Shown one piece after another: positions 20,676 to 30,775 of a stretch of 64,000 nucleotides of DNA. Within the stretch, counting starts at the first letter, position 1; each line of letters starts with the position of its first letter. Both the position numbers and the translations under genes were made by a program. Below the pieces are notes generated by a model. The model was not told the origin of the DNA. It was given only the letters and a program-made list of their open reading frames with translations, and ran no database searches. Source of the DNA: an uncultured Clostridia bacterium (lineage in GTDB: Bacteria; Bacillota; Clostridia; TANB77; CAG-508); NCBI GenBank assembly GCA_947631145.1, contig CANRKF010000001.1:1786-65785 (forward strand), read 5' to 3'.

Positions 20676-21303
20676 TTATTTAGTACATTTTTTAATGTTT
20701 TTTTCTCTTAAAAATTCCATATTTTGTATATTAAGCTGTTTTTGATCTATTTCAGACAACAAATTTTCTTTTTCTTTAGAAGTTAATTCTATATTACAAC
20801 ATATAAGTTCATTAAAATTTGTTTGTGTAATATTTATTTGATTTAAATTACAATAATGTTTAAAAGATTCAAAATCTTGATATAATAATGTAACTTTCAT
20901 TTCTAGTCCGCAAATATTCCTCTACAATATTTGCGTTTTCTATAGCTTGCTTTGTAACCTCTGAATAAGCTCTAACTAAGCCTCCAGTTCCCAAAAGTAT
21001 TCCTCCAAAGTATCTAGTTACTACTGCTATGCAATTTACTAATTCACTTTTTTTCAGTAAATTTAACATTGGTGCTCCAGCTGTTCCTGTTGGTTCTCCA
21101 TCATCACTTGATTTTTCTACTATTCCATTTTTAGTTTGTAATCTATATGCAAAAGTGTGATGTTTAGCATCATAATATTTTTTTTGAATTTTTTGTATAG
21201 CTTCTTGTGCTTCTGCTAAAGAGCTCACATAAATTAAGTCACAAATAAATTTTGACTTTTTTTCTACAATTTGTGTTGTTACATTTTCATTAATTGTTTT
21301 CAA
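20676..21303 (-). pseudogene. yigZ: YigZ/IMPACT-family protein, frameshifted between the N-terminal domain and the C-terminal DUF1949 domain
   Basis: ORF 20869..21303 has the UPF0029 motifs DDGEPTGTAGAPML and RYFGGILLGTGGLVRAY. ORF 20676..20900 in another frame matches the ferredoxin-like C-terminal domain. The two overlap by 31 nt. Confidence 0.65.
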
Positions 21304-21433
21304 CTTTCCCTACCTTCTATTTTATAGCTTTCTATATTATATTTTGTACAAAACTATAATTCTATAATTTTTATTTCATATAACTTTTAGTTTTAATTTT
21401 CTACTTAACTTCTGTTTCATATAATTTTTATTT

Positions 21434-22699
21434 TTAATTGTTTTCCCCTGCCACATAACCTGTAGAATATGCAATTTGTAAATTAAATCCTCCTGTATAT
21501 GCATCTACATCTATTATTTCTCCTGCAAAATATAAGTTTTTAATTATTTTAGATTCCATAGTTTTTGGATTAATTTCTTTTATAGAAATACCGCCAGATG
21601 TAATTATAGCTTCTTCTATTGGTCTAAAGCCTGTTATTATAATTTCAAAATTTTTCAATAATTTTACTAAACTTATTCTCTCTTCTTTTGTTATGGAATT
21701 TACTTGCTTTTCTTCATTTATATTAGACAATTTTATAACTGGTTCTATCATTTTTTGTGGAAGTAAGTTATTTAAGCTGTTTTTAAATTCTTTATTTTTT
21801 TGCTTTTCAAAATCTCGCAATATTCTTTGATTTAATTGGTTTTCTGTTAATGCTGGTTTTAAATCTATTGTAAGACAAATTTTTTCTTCTTTTAATAAAT
21901 TTTCTACTTTTGGATATCTAAGCAGATGGGCTGAACCACTTAATATTACAGGTCCTGAAACCCCAAAATGTGTAAATAACATTTCACCAAAGTCTTCATA
22001 TATAAGCTTGTTATTTGCAGTATCTTTTATTTTTATTGAAACATTTTTTAGGCTTAACCCTTGCATTTGCTTACATATTGAAAGTGAAGATTGGCTAACT
22101 GTTAATGGTACCAAAGATGGCTTTATTGCTGTAATATTATGTCCTAATTTTTTTGCTATTAAATATCCATCACCTGTTGAACCTGTTACTGAATAACTTT
22201 TTCCTCCTGTTGCTAAAATAATTTTATCGGCTAATATTTTTTGCTTTTTATCACAAAAAAGGCTTTGCACACCAACTGCTTTGCCTTCTTCTACAATTAT
22301 TTCTTCTACTTTTGTATTTGTTTGAATTTTTACATTTTGTTTTTTTAATAATTTTATAAATACATTTAATACATCTTTTGCATTATCTGTAATAGGAAAA
22401 ATACGATGCCCTCTTTCTTCTTTTACTTTTAATCCTTCTTGCTCTAGCATATTAATTATGTCTTGATTAGTAAATTTACTAAAGCTACTATAAAGAAACA
22501 TACCATTTCCCGGTACGTTTTTTATAAATTCTTCTATTGGAATACTGCTTGTTATATTACATCTGCCTTTTCCTGTGATTAATAATTTTTTTCCAATAGA
22601 ATCCATTTTTTCTAATATTGTTACATCGTTTCCACATTTAGATGCATGTAAGGCTGCCATTATTCCAGCAGGTCCACCACCTATTACAATTACTTTCAT
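21434..22699 (-). CDS. HI0933-family flavoprotein (NAD(P)/FAD-dependent oxidoreductase, YhiN-like)
   Basis: N-terminal GxGxxG (VIVIGGGPAGIMAA) and GKGRCNITSS typical of the HI0933 family. Confidence 0.8.
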   Translation of the reverse strand: MKVIVIGGGPAGIMAALHASKCGNDVTILEKMDSIGKKLLITGKGRCNITSSIPIEEFIKNVPGNGMFLYSSFSKFTNQDIINMLEQEGLKVKEERGHRIFPITDNAKDVLNVFIKLLKKQNVKIQTNTKVEEIIVEEGKAVGVQSLFCDKKQKILADKIILATGGKSYSVTGSTGDGYLIAKKLGHNITAIKPSLVPLTVSQSSLSICKQMQGLSLKNVSIKIKDTANNKLIYEDFGEMLFTHFGVSGPVILSGSAHLLRYPKVENLLKEEKICLTIDLKPALTENQLNQRILRDFEKQKNKEFKNSLNNLLPQKMIEPVIKLSNINEEKQVNSITKEERISLVKLLKNFEIIITGFRPIEEAIITSGGISIKEINPKTMESKIIKNLYFAGEIIDVDAYTGGFNLQIAYSTGYVAGENN

Positions 22700-22714
22700 T
22701 ATTTATCCTCTTAG

Positions 22715-22870
22715 TTATTTTTTTAGTTAAAAACTTAATTATTTATTTTTTTAATTAATTATTTACTAATATTTTGCTTAGTTAAAAATTTAATTGTTTA
22801 TTTTTTTAATGAATTATTTATTAAGTTCTTTTAGTTAGAAATTTAATTGTTTATTAAAAAATAAATTCTT
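22715..22870. repeat. AT-rich tandem repeat, about 52 bp x 3 (ttagttaaaaa[c/t]ttaatt[a/g]tttattttttt...)
   Basis: Seen directly in the sequence, upstream of the flavoprotein gene. Confidence 0.6.
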
Positions 22871-22994
22871 ATTAATATTTCGTATTCTAATAAAAATTAT
22901 TTAATTAAAAAACGAGTATTGTTAAAAAATCTAGGCAAATTTTATTTAAAAATTAACTAATATTTATTAATTACAATATTAATTAGTTTGAAAA

Positions 22995-23082
22995 AGAATT
23001 AGTATATTGCTAGGCAGATGAGTTTAAAATCAATGAGGCGTGCTTTTTGCACGTTGATTTGATTTTAAACGAAATCTAACGA
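22995..23082 (+). ncRNA. Family B element copy 1: conserved ~75-bp element (tatattgctagg ... tttaaaat.gatgagg.gtgc-ttttt-gcac.ttgatt + U-run); candidate small RNA with intrinsic terminator
   Basis: About 80% identical to 43830-43905. It ends in a bulged hairpin (aatcaa-tgagg-cgtgc / gcacg-ttgatt) followed by a T-rich tract. Confidence 0.35.
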
Positions 23083-23095
23083 AGCAAGATGCTGA

Positions 23096-24349
23096 TTATT
23101 TTTCAAACATAATGTTTTGTACAGCTTTAAGAACCCCCAACTTCCCATACTCATAAGTAAGCCCACCTTGTAAGAAAGCTGTATATGGCTCTCTAATTGG
23201 TGCATCACAAGAAAGTTCTATTGAAGAGCCTTGTGTAAAAGCTCCTGCTGCCATTATAACTTTATCTGTATAGCCCGGCATATCCCATGGTTCTGGTATT
23301 GAATTACTATCTATTGGTGATCCCATTTGTATACCCTGACAAAACTTAATTAATTTTTGTTCATTATGGAAGGTAATAGTTTGTACAATATCTGATCTTT
23401 TTTCATTATATTTTGGGCTTGCATCATATCCTAATTCTTCTAATAGTTTACTTGCAAATATTGCTGTTTTTAGACTACTTGCTACTACACTAGGTGCCAT
23501 ATATAATCCTTGTAATATTTGCTTATTTATTCCAAGTGTTGGTCCTACTTCTTTTCCAAGTCCTGGTGCAGTTAGCCTTTGTGCAGCTAAATCAACTAAT
23601 TCTTTTTTTCCTGCAATATAGGCTCCATTTGGTGCAATTCCTCCACCTAAATTTTTTATTAAAGAACCTACTATAATATCTGCTCCTACATCACTTGGCT
23701 CTATAGTTTCTACCATTTCTCCATAACAATTATCTATCATAATAATAACTGATTTGTTAACTTTACGAATTGTATTAATTACTTTTTCTATTTTATCAAT
23801 AGTAATACTTTTTCGTAAGCTATAACCTCTAGAACGTTGTATTTCAACTAATTTTATATCATTTTTTTGTAATCTTTTTTCTATTTGTTCATAATCAAAA
23901 TCATCTTGTAATAAATTTATTTGTTCATATTTTACATTATGAGCTTTTAAGGAACTTGGGTTTTCTACAAGGCCAATTACTTCATCTAAGGTATCATAAG
24001 GTTTGCCACTAATACTTAATAGGGTGTCTCCCGGTCTTAAAAATGCAAACAAGGCTACAGTTAATGCATGAGTACCTGAAATGAATTGACTTCTTACTAG
24101 GCTATCTTCTGTGTGAAGTACCTCTGCAAATACTTTTTCAATTGTATCTCTTCCAATATCTGAATAGCCATAACCTGTGGTACTATTAAAGTGAATATCT
24201 GAAATATTGTATTTTTGAAAAGCATTTAATACTTTTAAACTATTGTATTCACATACTTTATTTACTTTTTTAAATTCTTCTTTAACAGATTCTTCTACTT
24301 TTTCTGCTAATTCTAATAAACTTTCACTTATTCCAAATTCTTTGTACAT
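23096..24349 (-). CDS. PLP-dependent Cys/Met-metabolism enzyme of the YnbB / 'aluminium resistance' (Met_gamma_lyase) family
   Basis: 417 aa with SQFISGTHALTVALFA ... and a Lys-containing PLP region. The family is recognised by overall similarity. Confidence 0.65.
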   Translation of the reverse strand: MYKEFGISESLLELAEKVEESVKEEFKKVNKVCEYNSLKVLNAFQKYNISDIHFNSTTGYGYSDIGRDTIEKVFAEVLHTEDSLVRSQFISGTHALTVALFAFLRPGDTLLSISGKPYDTLDEVIGLVENPSSLKAHNVKYEQINLLQDDFDYEQIEKRLQKNDIKLVEIQRSRGYSLRKSITIDKIEKVINTIRKVNKSVIIMIDNCYGEMVETIEPSDVGADIIVGSLIKNLGGGIAPNGAYIAGKKELVDLAAQRLTAPGLGKEVGPTLGINKQILQGLYMAPSVVASSLKTAIFASKLLEELGYDASPKYNEKRSDIVQTITFHNEQKLIKFCQGIQMGSPIDSNSIPEPWDMPGYTDKVIMAAGAFTQGSSIELSCDAPIREPYTAFLQGGLTYEYGKLGVLKAVQNIMFEK

Positions 24350-24409
24350 TTCATTATTTCCTATATTTATATTTAGGTTTTTATATGGACAAACCTATAA
24401 CCACATATA

Positions 24410-26206
24410 TTAGATTTCATCACTACTGTATCTTGCCTCAGTATACCACGTATTAACTTTATAATAATCACCTAAAAAGCTTGGTTGATACCAGTCTAAT
24501 TCATAAGTTGGTTCTTTAACTACTTCTCCATTTGTATTTACTATTCCCCATTTACCATTAACTTTTATACCTGCGAAGCCATACTCATTAAAGTCGGTAA
24601 CCATTTCATAATTATTTTGTAATTTTATATTACCTTCTCTATCAACAAATACCCATTCATTATCTACTTTTTGGGCTAATAAATTGTTGTTTGGAAAAAC
24701 ATCTTTTGCCTCTAATTTATTTCCATTTTCATCATAATATAAAAAGTTATTTTCAGAAGCTAGCATAATGTATTTATTAGGATTAATTGCTGATGGTTTA
24801 TATTCTCCAATAACTGCTCCATCCATACTAGCTATTTTTTCTATTTTCATATTATATAGTTCAATAGTTTTTGTATCTGCAATTTCTGCTTGAATTAAGT
24901 TTGTATCATTAAATTTGAATATACTTGTATATTTAATTTCTACTATTACTTCACCTTTGCTATTTATAATTCCATTTTTACCATTTTTAGCAACAATAAA
25001 ATAATTTCCTGGTAAATAACCAATATAAGTATAGTTGCCATCTATAAGTACCTTACCATTTGCGTCTGTTACAGTATATATATCATTTTTATCTATTGCA
25101 ATATAATAGTTTGGATTATCTGTTTGAATTATACTAACATTTGTAGTTTCTACTTTATTTCCTTCTAAATCAAACATTATATTTTCATTACCTTTAGTAG
25201 CATTTAAATAAATTCCTCCAAATAAAATGCTATCATATTCTGAATGCAAAATTGTTTTTCCTTCTTTTGTAACAGCTCCCTGTTTTCCATTTCGAACTGT
25301 AATAAATATATCATCAACTGCATAATAAGAAATTTCTTGATATTCGTGATTTAATATAATTTGCTTATTTTTTAATAAACCTGCTTGTCCATCTTTATAA
25401 GCTATAAAATAAATATCATCGTCACTTGGTATTTGTGTAACTCTTTTTAGTTGTGTATATTCTGTATTTAATATAGTATGACCGCTATAGTCTATATAAC
25501 CATATCTAAATCCATCTTCAGTTTTTTTGCTTACTATAAAGCCTGTTGTTTTGTTTTTAGTAGTTTCATTATAGTAATTATCAGAGGTTATTGTTTCATA
25601 TTCATTTTTGATAATTTCTTTTCCTTTCATGTTTATAACGCCGGCTTGACCGTCTTTTTTTACTAAAAAGGTTCCCTCTTTATAATTAATACTGCTTATT
25701 TCATCATAAATTGGTTTTGTTACAGCTTTTCCTTCTAAAGTAATTAAACCATATTTTCCATCTTTTTGATATGATAATACACTTTTTTCATAAGGGCTAG
25801 AATCTATATTTGTACTAATAGGAATTGCTTGTACATTTTCATAGTCTGTAAATATTGGATTGCCTGTATCATCTAAAACTTGAGTTTCATAGGTTTTAGT
25901 TTCTTGATCATAACTACTAATACATATAAAAACAGGTTTAGAAGGGTTTGGTATTTGAATTGCTATATAATTAGGTTTAATAATAACCTTTCCATTTTTA
26001 TCAATAACACCATATTTAGAAGCTTCAGTAAGAACAAAATAATTATATTCTTTTATTTCTTCTATTGTGTACTGCATATCTAATTTATCCATAACTAGAA
26101 TAAATGTAATAGTTGTAGCTACTGCTATTAATAAAATAATAATTGCTATAATAATCCATTTTAATTTTCCCTTCATAACCCCATTTTTCCTTTCTTTCTT
26201 TTGCAA
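24410..26206 (-). CDS. membrane-anchored WG-repeat (KWG) protein
   Basis: N-terminal TM, then many repeats of the YGxIDxNGKxxIxPxY / DGKWGIVNTNGEVV type. Confidence 0.7.
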   Translation of the reverse strand: MQKKERKNGVMKGKLKWIIIAIIILLIAVATTITFILVMDKLDMQYTIEEIKEYNYFVLTEASKYGVIDKNGKVIIKPNYIAIQIPNPSKPVFICISSYDQETKTYETQVLDDTGNPIFTDYENVQAIPISTNIDSSPYEKSVLSYQKDGKYGLITLEGKAVTKPIYDEISSINYKEGTFLVKKDGQAGVINMKGKEIIKNEYETITSDNYYNETTKNKTTGFIVSKKTEDGFRYGYIDYSGHTILNTEYTQLKRVTQIPSDDDIYFIAYKDGQAGLLKNKQIILNHEYQEISYYAVDDIFITVRNGKQGAVTKEGKTILHSEYDSILFGGIYLNATKGNENIMFDLEGNKVETTNVSIIQTDNPNYYIAIDKNDIYTVTDANGKVLIDGNYTYIGYLPGNYFIVAKNGKNGIINSKGEVIVEIKYTSIFKFNDTNLIQAEIADTKTIELYNMKIEKIASMDGAVIGEYKPSAINPNKYIMLASENNFLYYDENGNKLEAKDVFPNNNLLAQKVDNEWVFVDREGNIKLQNNYEMVTDFNEYGFAGIKVNGKWGIVNTNGEVVKEPTYELDWYQPSFLGDYYKVNTWYTEARYSSDEI

Positions 26207-26331
26207 GTTTTTTATTTACTTTTATTTTTTTAATTTTTCTTTTATTCTTTAGTTTTTTTACTATTTCTTGCTGTTTTTCAATTTTTCTTTTATTCTTTAG
26301 TTTTTTACTATTTTTTGCTCATTTTTTAATC

Positions 26332-27651
26332 TTATTCTTCAGTTTCTTCTTCTATTAATTCTTGCCCATTTTTGCATATTTTAACCCATTGTATTCTTTT
26401 ATCTTCATATTGCTCAATGTGGTATGTTAATTGTTCATCTTCTATTGTAGGATTCTCGTTTTCTTCTGGTAACCTTCCTAATTTTTCTATTAAATAGCCA
26501 GATAAGGTTTCATAGTCACCTTCTGGAAGTTTTACATCTAAAATTCTTTCTAATTCATAAAGATTAATATTGCCTTCTACTAAGTAAGTGTTATTGTCAA
26601 TTTTTTTGTATTCTACTTCTATGTCATCATATTCGTCAAATATATTACCTACTAATTCTTCTAAAATGTCTTCCATTGTAAGTAAGCCAGATGTTCCACC
26701 ATATTCATCTACAACAATTGCCATTTGCATTTTATTAGTTTGTAATTCCTTAAAAATTTCATCTATTGGTTTTGTTTCTGGAACAAAGTATGCTTCTCTT
26801 AAAATATTTTTTATTTCAATTTCTTCTCTTAAATTAACAAATTTTAAAATATCTTTTAAAAATAAAATTCCTTTTATGTTATCTATTGTTTCTTCATATA
26901 CTGGTATTCTACTATATTTATAATCATCTATTTCATTTAAAATATCATATAAATTTTGATTTATTTCAATAGCATATACTTCTGTACGATGTGTCATTAT
27001 TTCTGATGCAACAATGTCATTTAGAGCAAATACATTATTTATTAATTCTTTTTCTGCTTCTTCTATAGAGCCTTTTTCTTCACCTTCATCTACCATCATT
27101 TTTATTTCTTCTTCAGTAACAATTTCTTCATCTTGTTCACTTACTCCAAATAATTTAGAAATAACGGTAGTTGCACTTGTTAATAATTTTACAAAAGGTG
27201 CTGTAAATAAAGAAATTGCTCTAATAACGCCAACTGTTCCAAAAGAAATTTTTTCATAGTATTTCATAGCTAACCTTTTAGGAACAAGTTCTCCAAACAC
27301 AAGTGTAAAGAACGAAAGTATTAAGGTAATAATTATTATAGAAATGCTTCTCCATACTGAAATACTTAAAAATGGTATTAAGTTATTTAAGGCTGGTGCT
27401 AAAACATCTGCAAATGCGTCTGATGCAAAAGCACTTGATAAAAAGCCTGCTAGGGTAATTCCTATTTGAATTGTTGCTAAAAATTTACTTGGATTTTTTA
27501 ACATTTTTTGAATTTGTTTTGCTTTTTTATTTCCTTCTTTTGCTTGTTTTTCTATTTTAGTATCATTTAGTGATATAAAGGCAATTTCTGTTGCCGCGAA
27601 ATAGGCATTAAGTAAGATTAAAATTGCTAAAAAAATTAGTTGTGAAATCAT
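26332..27651 (-). CDS. CNNM/HlyC/CorC-family transporter (DUF21-CBS-CorC_HlyC)
   Basis: DUF21 TM N-terminus, a tandem CBS region and a CorC C-terminus (...TVGGLL pattern). Confidence 0.8.
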   Translation of the reverse strand: MISQLIFLAILILLNAYFAATEIAFISLNDTKIEKQAKEGNKKAKQIQKMLKNPSKFLATIQIGITLAGFLSSAFASDAFADVLAPALNNLIPFLSISVWRSISIIIITLILSFFTLVFGELVPKRLAMKYYEKISFGTVGVIRAISLFTAPFVKLLTSATTVISKLFGVSEQDEEIVTEEEIKMMVDEGEEKGSIEEAEKELINNVFALNDIVASEIMTHRTEVYAIEINQNLYDILNEIDDYKYSRIPVYEETIDNIKGILFLKDILKFVNLREEIEIKNILREAYFVPETKPIDEIFKELQTNKMQMAIVVDEYGGTSGLLTMEDILEELVGNIFDEYDDIEVEYKKIDNNTYLVEGNINLYELERILDVKLPEGDYETLSGYLIEKLGRLPEENENPTIEDEQLTYHIEQYEDKRIQWVKICKNGQELIEEETEE

Positions 27652-27750
27652 ATATTCTCCTTTTTTCTGTAACCTAGTTATATAAAATAATTATATATTT
27701 TATCTGCTTATATGTCAATAAATGTACTAATTTTTTTACTTTATTAAAAA

Positions 27751-27819
27751 CCTTAACATGCATTTAATCGTACAAATTGCATTTACTTTACAGAATTGTA
27801 TTTAACTTTTCACTTGACG
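27751..27819. repeat. Family D 70-bp element, copy 1 (ttaacatgcatttaatcgtacaaattgcatttactttacagaattgtatttaacttttcacttgacg)
   Basis: About 97% identical to 30562..30632. It is flanked on both sides by the 12-mer ttattaaaaacc, and it abuts the stop of the LPVTG protein gene. Confidence 0.8.
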
Positions 27820-27822
27820 TTA

Positions 27823-29094
27823 TTAAAAACCTGTTACTGGTAATTTCTTGTTGCTGAAATGTTCTTGTTTTGGCTCTTCTGGAACTACTTTTTCTCCTTC
27901 ATCTATAAAATTATCTACTACAACTTCAACAGTTTCTTTAGCGGTAGTATCTATTTTTATTAGTTCTTCATAACCATAATATCCATTTGGAGCTATTACT
28001 TCTTCTAAATAATATATATCTGGCAATAAATCTGAAATTTCTATAATTCCTTTTGAATTTGTTATTAATTCTGAATAAAGTATTGATTTGTTTTTATCTA
28101 ACAAATTAAATACCGCTCCTTGCAATGGTTTTTGGCTATCTCCATCTTGTTTTAAAATTTTTATTTTTGTTTTATTTATTTCAACAGTTTTTGCAAAGGT
28201 TGCTTCTGCTGATTCATATTCTCCTATTATAATGGCAAAGTCTTCATATGTATTTTCAGAATCTTTAGCATGATAAACTGGATAGGTTTGCAAAGAAGAT
28301 GTAATATTAATTCTAAATTCTACAGTATTCGGAATTCTTGAAACTGGTATTGCTACTTTAAATTTTTCATTTGGTTCAAAATTAAACTTTGATACAACAT
28401 TTTCATCTGTTATTATAGCATCTTTGGTATCTTCTCCTGTAATATATGCTTTGTAGTTTTGAATTGGTGCAGATGAACTTACTGTATAGGTTTTTGTAAC
28501 ATAATTACTATTTGCATCATCAACTTTCCAATTTGAAGAGTCTTCTATTAATTTTAGCTGTGCCATTTTTTTGGTTTTCGTTTGACTTCTTGCTTCATTT
28601 ATAATTTTCTTTGCTATTTCTACTGTATTTGCATCATCATCTGTTGCTGGTGTTATTTTACTTAAATCGTAAGTATAAATTGCATCATATACTGCCATTT
28701 GTGTTGCTGCATAGGCTTGATTTATTGTGCTACAATTTAAATCTTCTAGAGTTTTAAATGGATAGCCATTAGTAATTGCTTTCCAAACTTTTTGATTAGT
28801 TTCTAACCTATCTATTTTTACATCGTAATCATTTTCTGCTGAAAATTTAGTTTTAGTTTGACTTAAACTATATGCTGGATTTTCAACCCCACCTCTTTTA
28901 TGAAAAACTACTTCCATTTCAACTGTTTTACCATTATAATTAAAATAATTAGCTTTTCCTTTTGAATATAAGTCTATTTTTCCTGTTGGTAATACAACAG
29001 CTTTTGCTTTATTTTGACATGAAAAAATAGAAAAACTTGTTAAAATTACTATTGTCATCATTAGTATATATATTATTCTTTTTAATTTAAACAT
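27823..29094 (-). CDS. secreted Cna-B / prealbumin-fold surface protein ending in LPVTGF, with no hydrophobic anchor or charged tail
   Basis: Signal peptide present. A Cna B-type domain is present (GAVFNLLDKN...LLPDIYYLEEVIAPNGY). The ORF ends ...KKLPVTGF, then two consecutive stops (taa taa). Confidence 0.7.
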   Translation of the reverse strand: MFKLKRIIYILMMTIVILTSFSIFSCQNKAKAVVLPTGKIDLYSKGKANYFNYNGKTVEMEVVFHKRGGVENPAYSLSQTKTKFSAENDYDVKIDRLETNQKVWKAITNGYPFKTLEDLNCSTINQAYAATQMAVYDAIYTYDLSKITPATDDDANTVEIAKKIINEARSQTKTKKMAQLKLIEDSSNWKVDDANSNYVTKTYTVSSSAPIQNYKAYITGEDTKDAIITDENVVSKFNFEPNEKFKVAIPVSRIPNTVEFRINITSSLQTYPVYHAKDSENTYEDFAIIIGEYESAEATFAKTVEINKTKIKILKQDGDSQKPLQGAVFNLLDKNKSILYSELITNSKGIIEISDLLPDIYYLEEVIAPNGYYGYEELIKIDTTAKETVEVVVDNFIDEGEKVVPEEPKQEHFSNKKLPVTGF

Positions 29095-29159
29095 TTTTTA
29101 CCTCATAATAATATGCTTTTTATATATTTTCTAAGCATATTCTTTCTATATTTTATTTT

Positions 29160-30242
29160 TTAATTAATATAATTTGCAACTTCTACAGCTTGCACGCATC
29201 TTCTGCAATCTTTTCTATTTTCTTCGCAAGTAATTAAGGTAATACGATTATCTTTTGTGGTTTGTAAATAACTCCAATCTGTTTCTAATATAACTTTATT
29301 TGTTTGAACTTTGTAAACTTTTTTGTTATTTAAAGTTGTATAAATTATTTCATCTCCTACTTGTAGATTTTTTATATTTTCAAAAAAGTTACATTTATAT
29401 CCTCTGTTATGTGCTGCTAGGCATACGTTTCCTTGCCATTTGCTAGTTTCTGTAAAATGCCCTACAGATGTTAATAAAACTGAATTGGTAACTCCTTCTG
29501 AAATGTGTACATCTAAATTTATTTTTGGTATTTGAATTCTCCAAGTTTTATTTTTGTTTTCTTCTAGAATTTGACTTTGAGTTTTTTCTTTTGCTTTTGT
29601 TGCCTCTGAATTATTTGAGTTAGATGTTGATGTATTTTTTGATGTATTATTAGATGTATTCTTGTTTGAAGCATTATTTTGAGAATTGACATTTTTTGAA
29701 TTGTTATTTTCTAAATTACTGCTTTGTAAATTGTTATTTTCAGAATTAATGTTTTTTGAATTGTTTTCAGAATTACTACTTTTTAAATTACTATTTTGAA
29801 AATTAAGTTCTTTTGAATTATTATTTAGAGAATTAATTCCTTGTAAAAAATTACTTGTAGAATTATTATACGTTAATATACTTATATTTTTATTAATTAG
29901 CTGTATTTTTGGAATAATACTATATTTTGTATTATTTCGCTCTACGTTATTTACAGAACCTTCTAATAAGTTTTTGGATATTATAAAATTTGTACTTTTT
30001 TCCATATTAGATTTTTTTAATAAGTTATTTCCTGACAAAAAATTTTTTTGAATGTTTTTAGTATAATAACTTGGAGTTTTTACAAAATAGTTTGAAACAA
30101 GAATGCTATACAAAGAATTTTGTGAACTTTGCGGATTTTGTGAATTTTTCTCTTTAAAAAAACATAAATAAACTAATACAAAAATAACTAAAGTTATAAT
30201 AAGAGTTAAAATTATTATATTTCTTTTTGTATAATTAATCAC
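29160..30242 (-). CDS. sortase (transpeptidase) with an N-terminal signal anchor and a long N/S-rich linker
   Basis: C-terminal catalytic domain: IQIPKINLDVHISEG, the His region GNVCLAAHNRG, GDEIIYTT, the Cys motif ITLITCE and the Arg region RRCVQAVEV. Confidence 0.75.
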   Translation of the reverse strand: MINYTKRNIIILTLIITLVIFVLVYLCFFKEKNSQNPQSSQNSLYSILVSNYFVKTPSYYTKNIQKNFLSGNNLLKKSNMEKSTNFIISKNLLEGSVNNVERNNTKYSIIPKIQLINKNISILTYNNSTSNFLQGINSLNNNSKELNFQNSNLKSSNSENNSKNINSENNNLQSSNLENNNSKNVNSQNNASNKNTSNNTSKNTSTSNSNNSEATKAKEKTQSQILEENKNKTWRIQIPKINLDVHISEGVTNSVLLTSVGHFTETSKWQGNVCLAAHNRGYKCNFFENIKNLQVGDEIIYTTLNNKKVYKVQTNKVILETDWSYLQTTKDNRITLITCEENRKDCRRCVQAVEVANYIN

Positions 30243-30561
30243 ATATACTGCACCTGCCTTTTTTATATTAAATTTGCTTTGAATTTTTGTTTAAGAAATT
30301 AATTTTTTTTCGAATTAATTTGATACATAAAGTAAGTTTTAAATTGCCCTTGATAAAATTTTAGTTGATATGGCTTAAATTAATTTTGCTTAGTAAATTA
30401 AAGTTTAGTTAATTAAAACTTGGTAAATCAAAACTTGATAAATTAAAACTTAATAAATTAAAAAAATTGCAATTTTTTAAATTACAATTATAATACAACA
30501 TTTTTCTTAATTTGTAAAGAACTTTTCATCGCCTTTTTTCGACATTTTCTGCAGAATATTG

Positions 30562-30632
30562 CCTTTTAACATGCATTTAATCGTACAAATTGCATTTACT
30601 TTACAGAATTGCATTTAACTTTTCACTTGACG
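30562..30632. repeat. Family D 70-bp element, copy 2
   Basis: Near-identical to 27751..27819. It is flanked by the direct repeat cgacattttctgcag at 30540-30554 and 30631-30645. Confidence 0.8.
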
Positions 30633-30775
30633 ACATTTTCTGCAGTGTAAGATTTTTACACAAAGTATTGAACTTATTTTACCTTCTACCTTTTATTAAT
30701 AATTTTTCATAAGCTTTGTAAAAAAGTGTACTAGAATAAAATTTTAATTATATTATTCCAGTACACTCTCTAAAA

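Noticed and set aside
27823-27830. Whether the Family D element truncated the LPVTG protein by inserting into its sorting signal
   Set aside because: The 12-bp flanking direct repeat ttattaaaaacc itself encodes G-F-stop-stop on the gene strand. The pre-insertion sequence would therefore also have terminated right after LPVTGF. The short C-terminus predates the element or is independent of it.
30538-30548. Single TTCGACA (Spo0A-box-like) heptamer upstream of the sortase gene
   Set aside because: One isolated 7-mer match is expected by chance several times per window. Only the paired occurrence upstream of hydC was kept as a low-interest finding.
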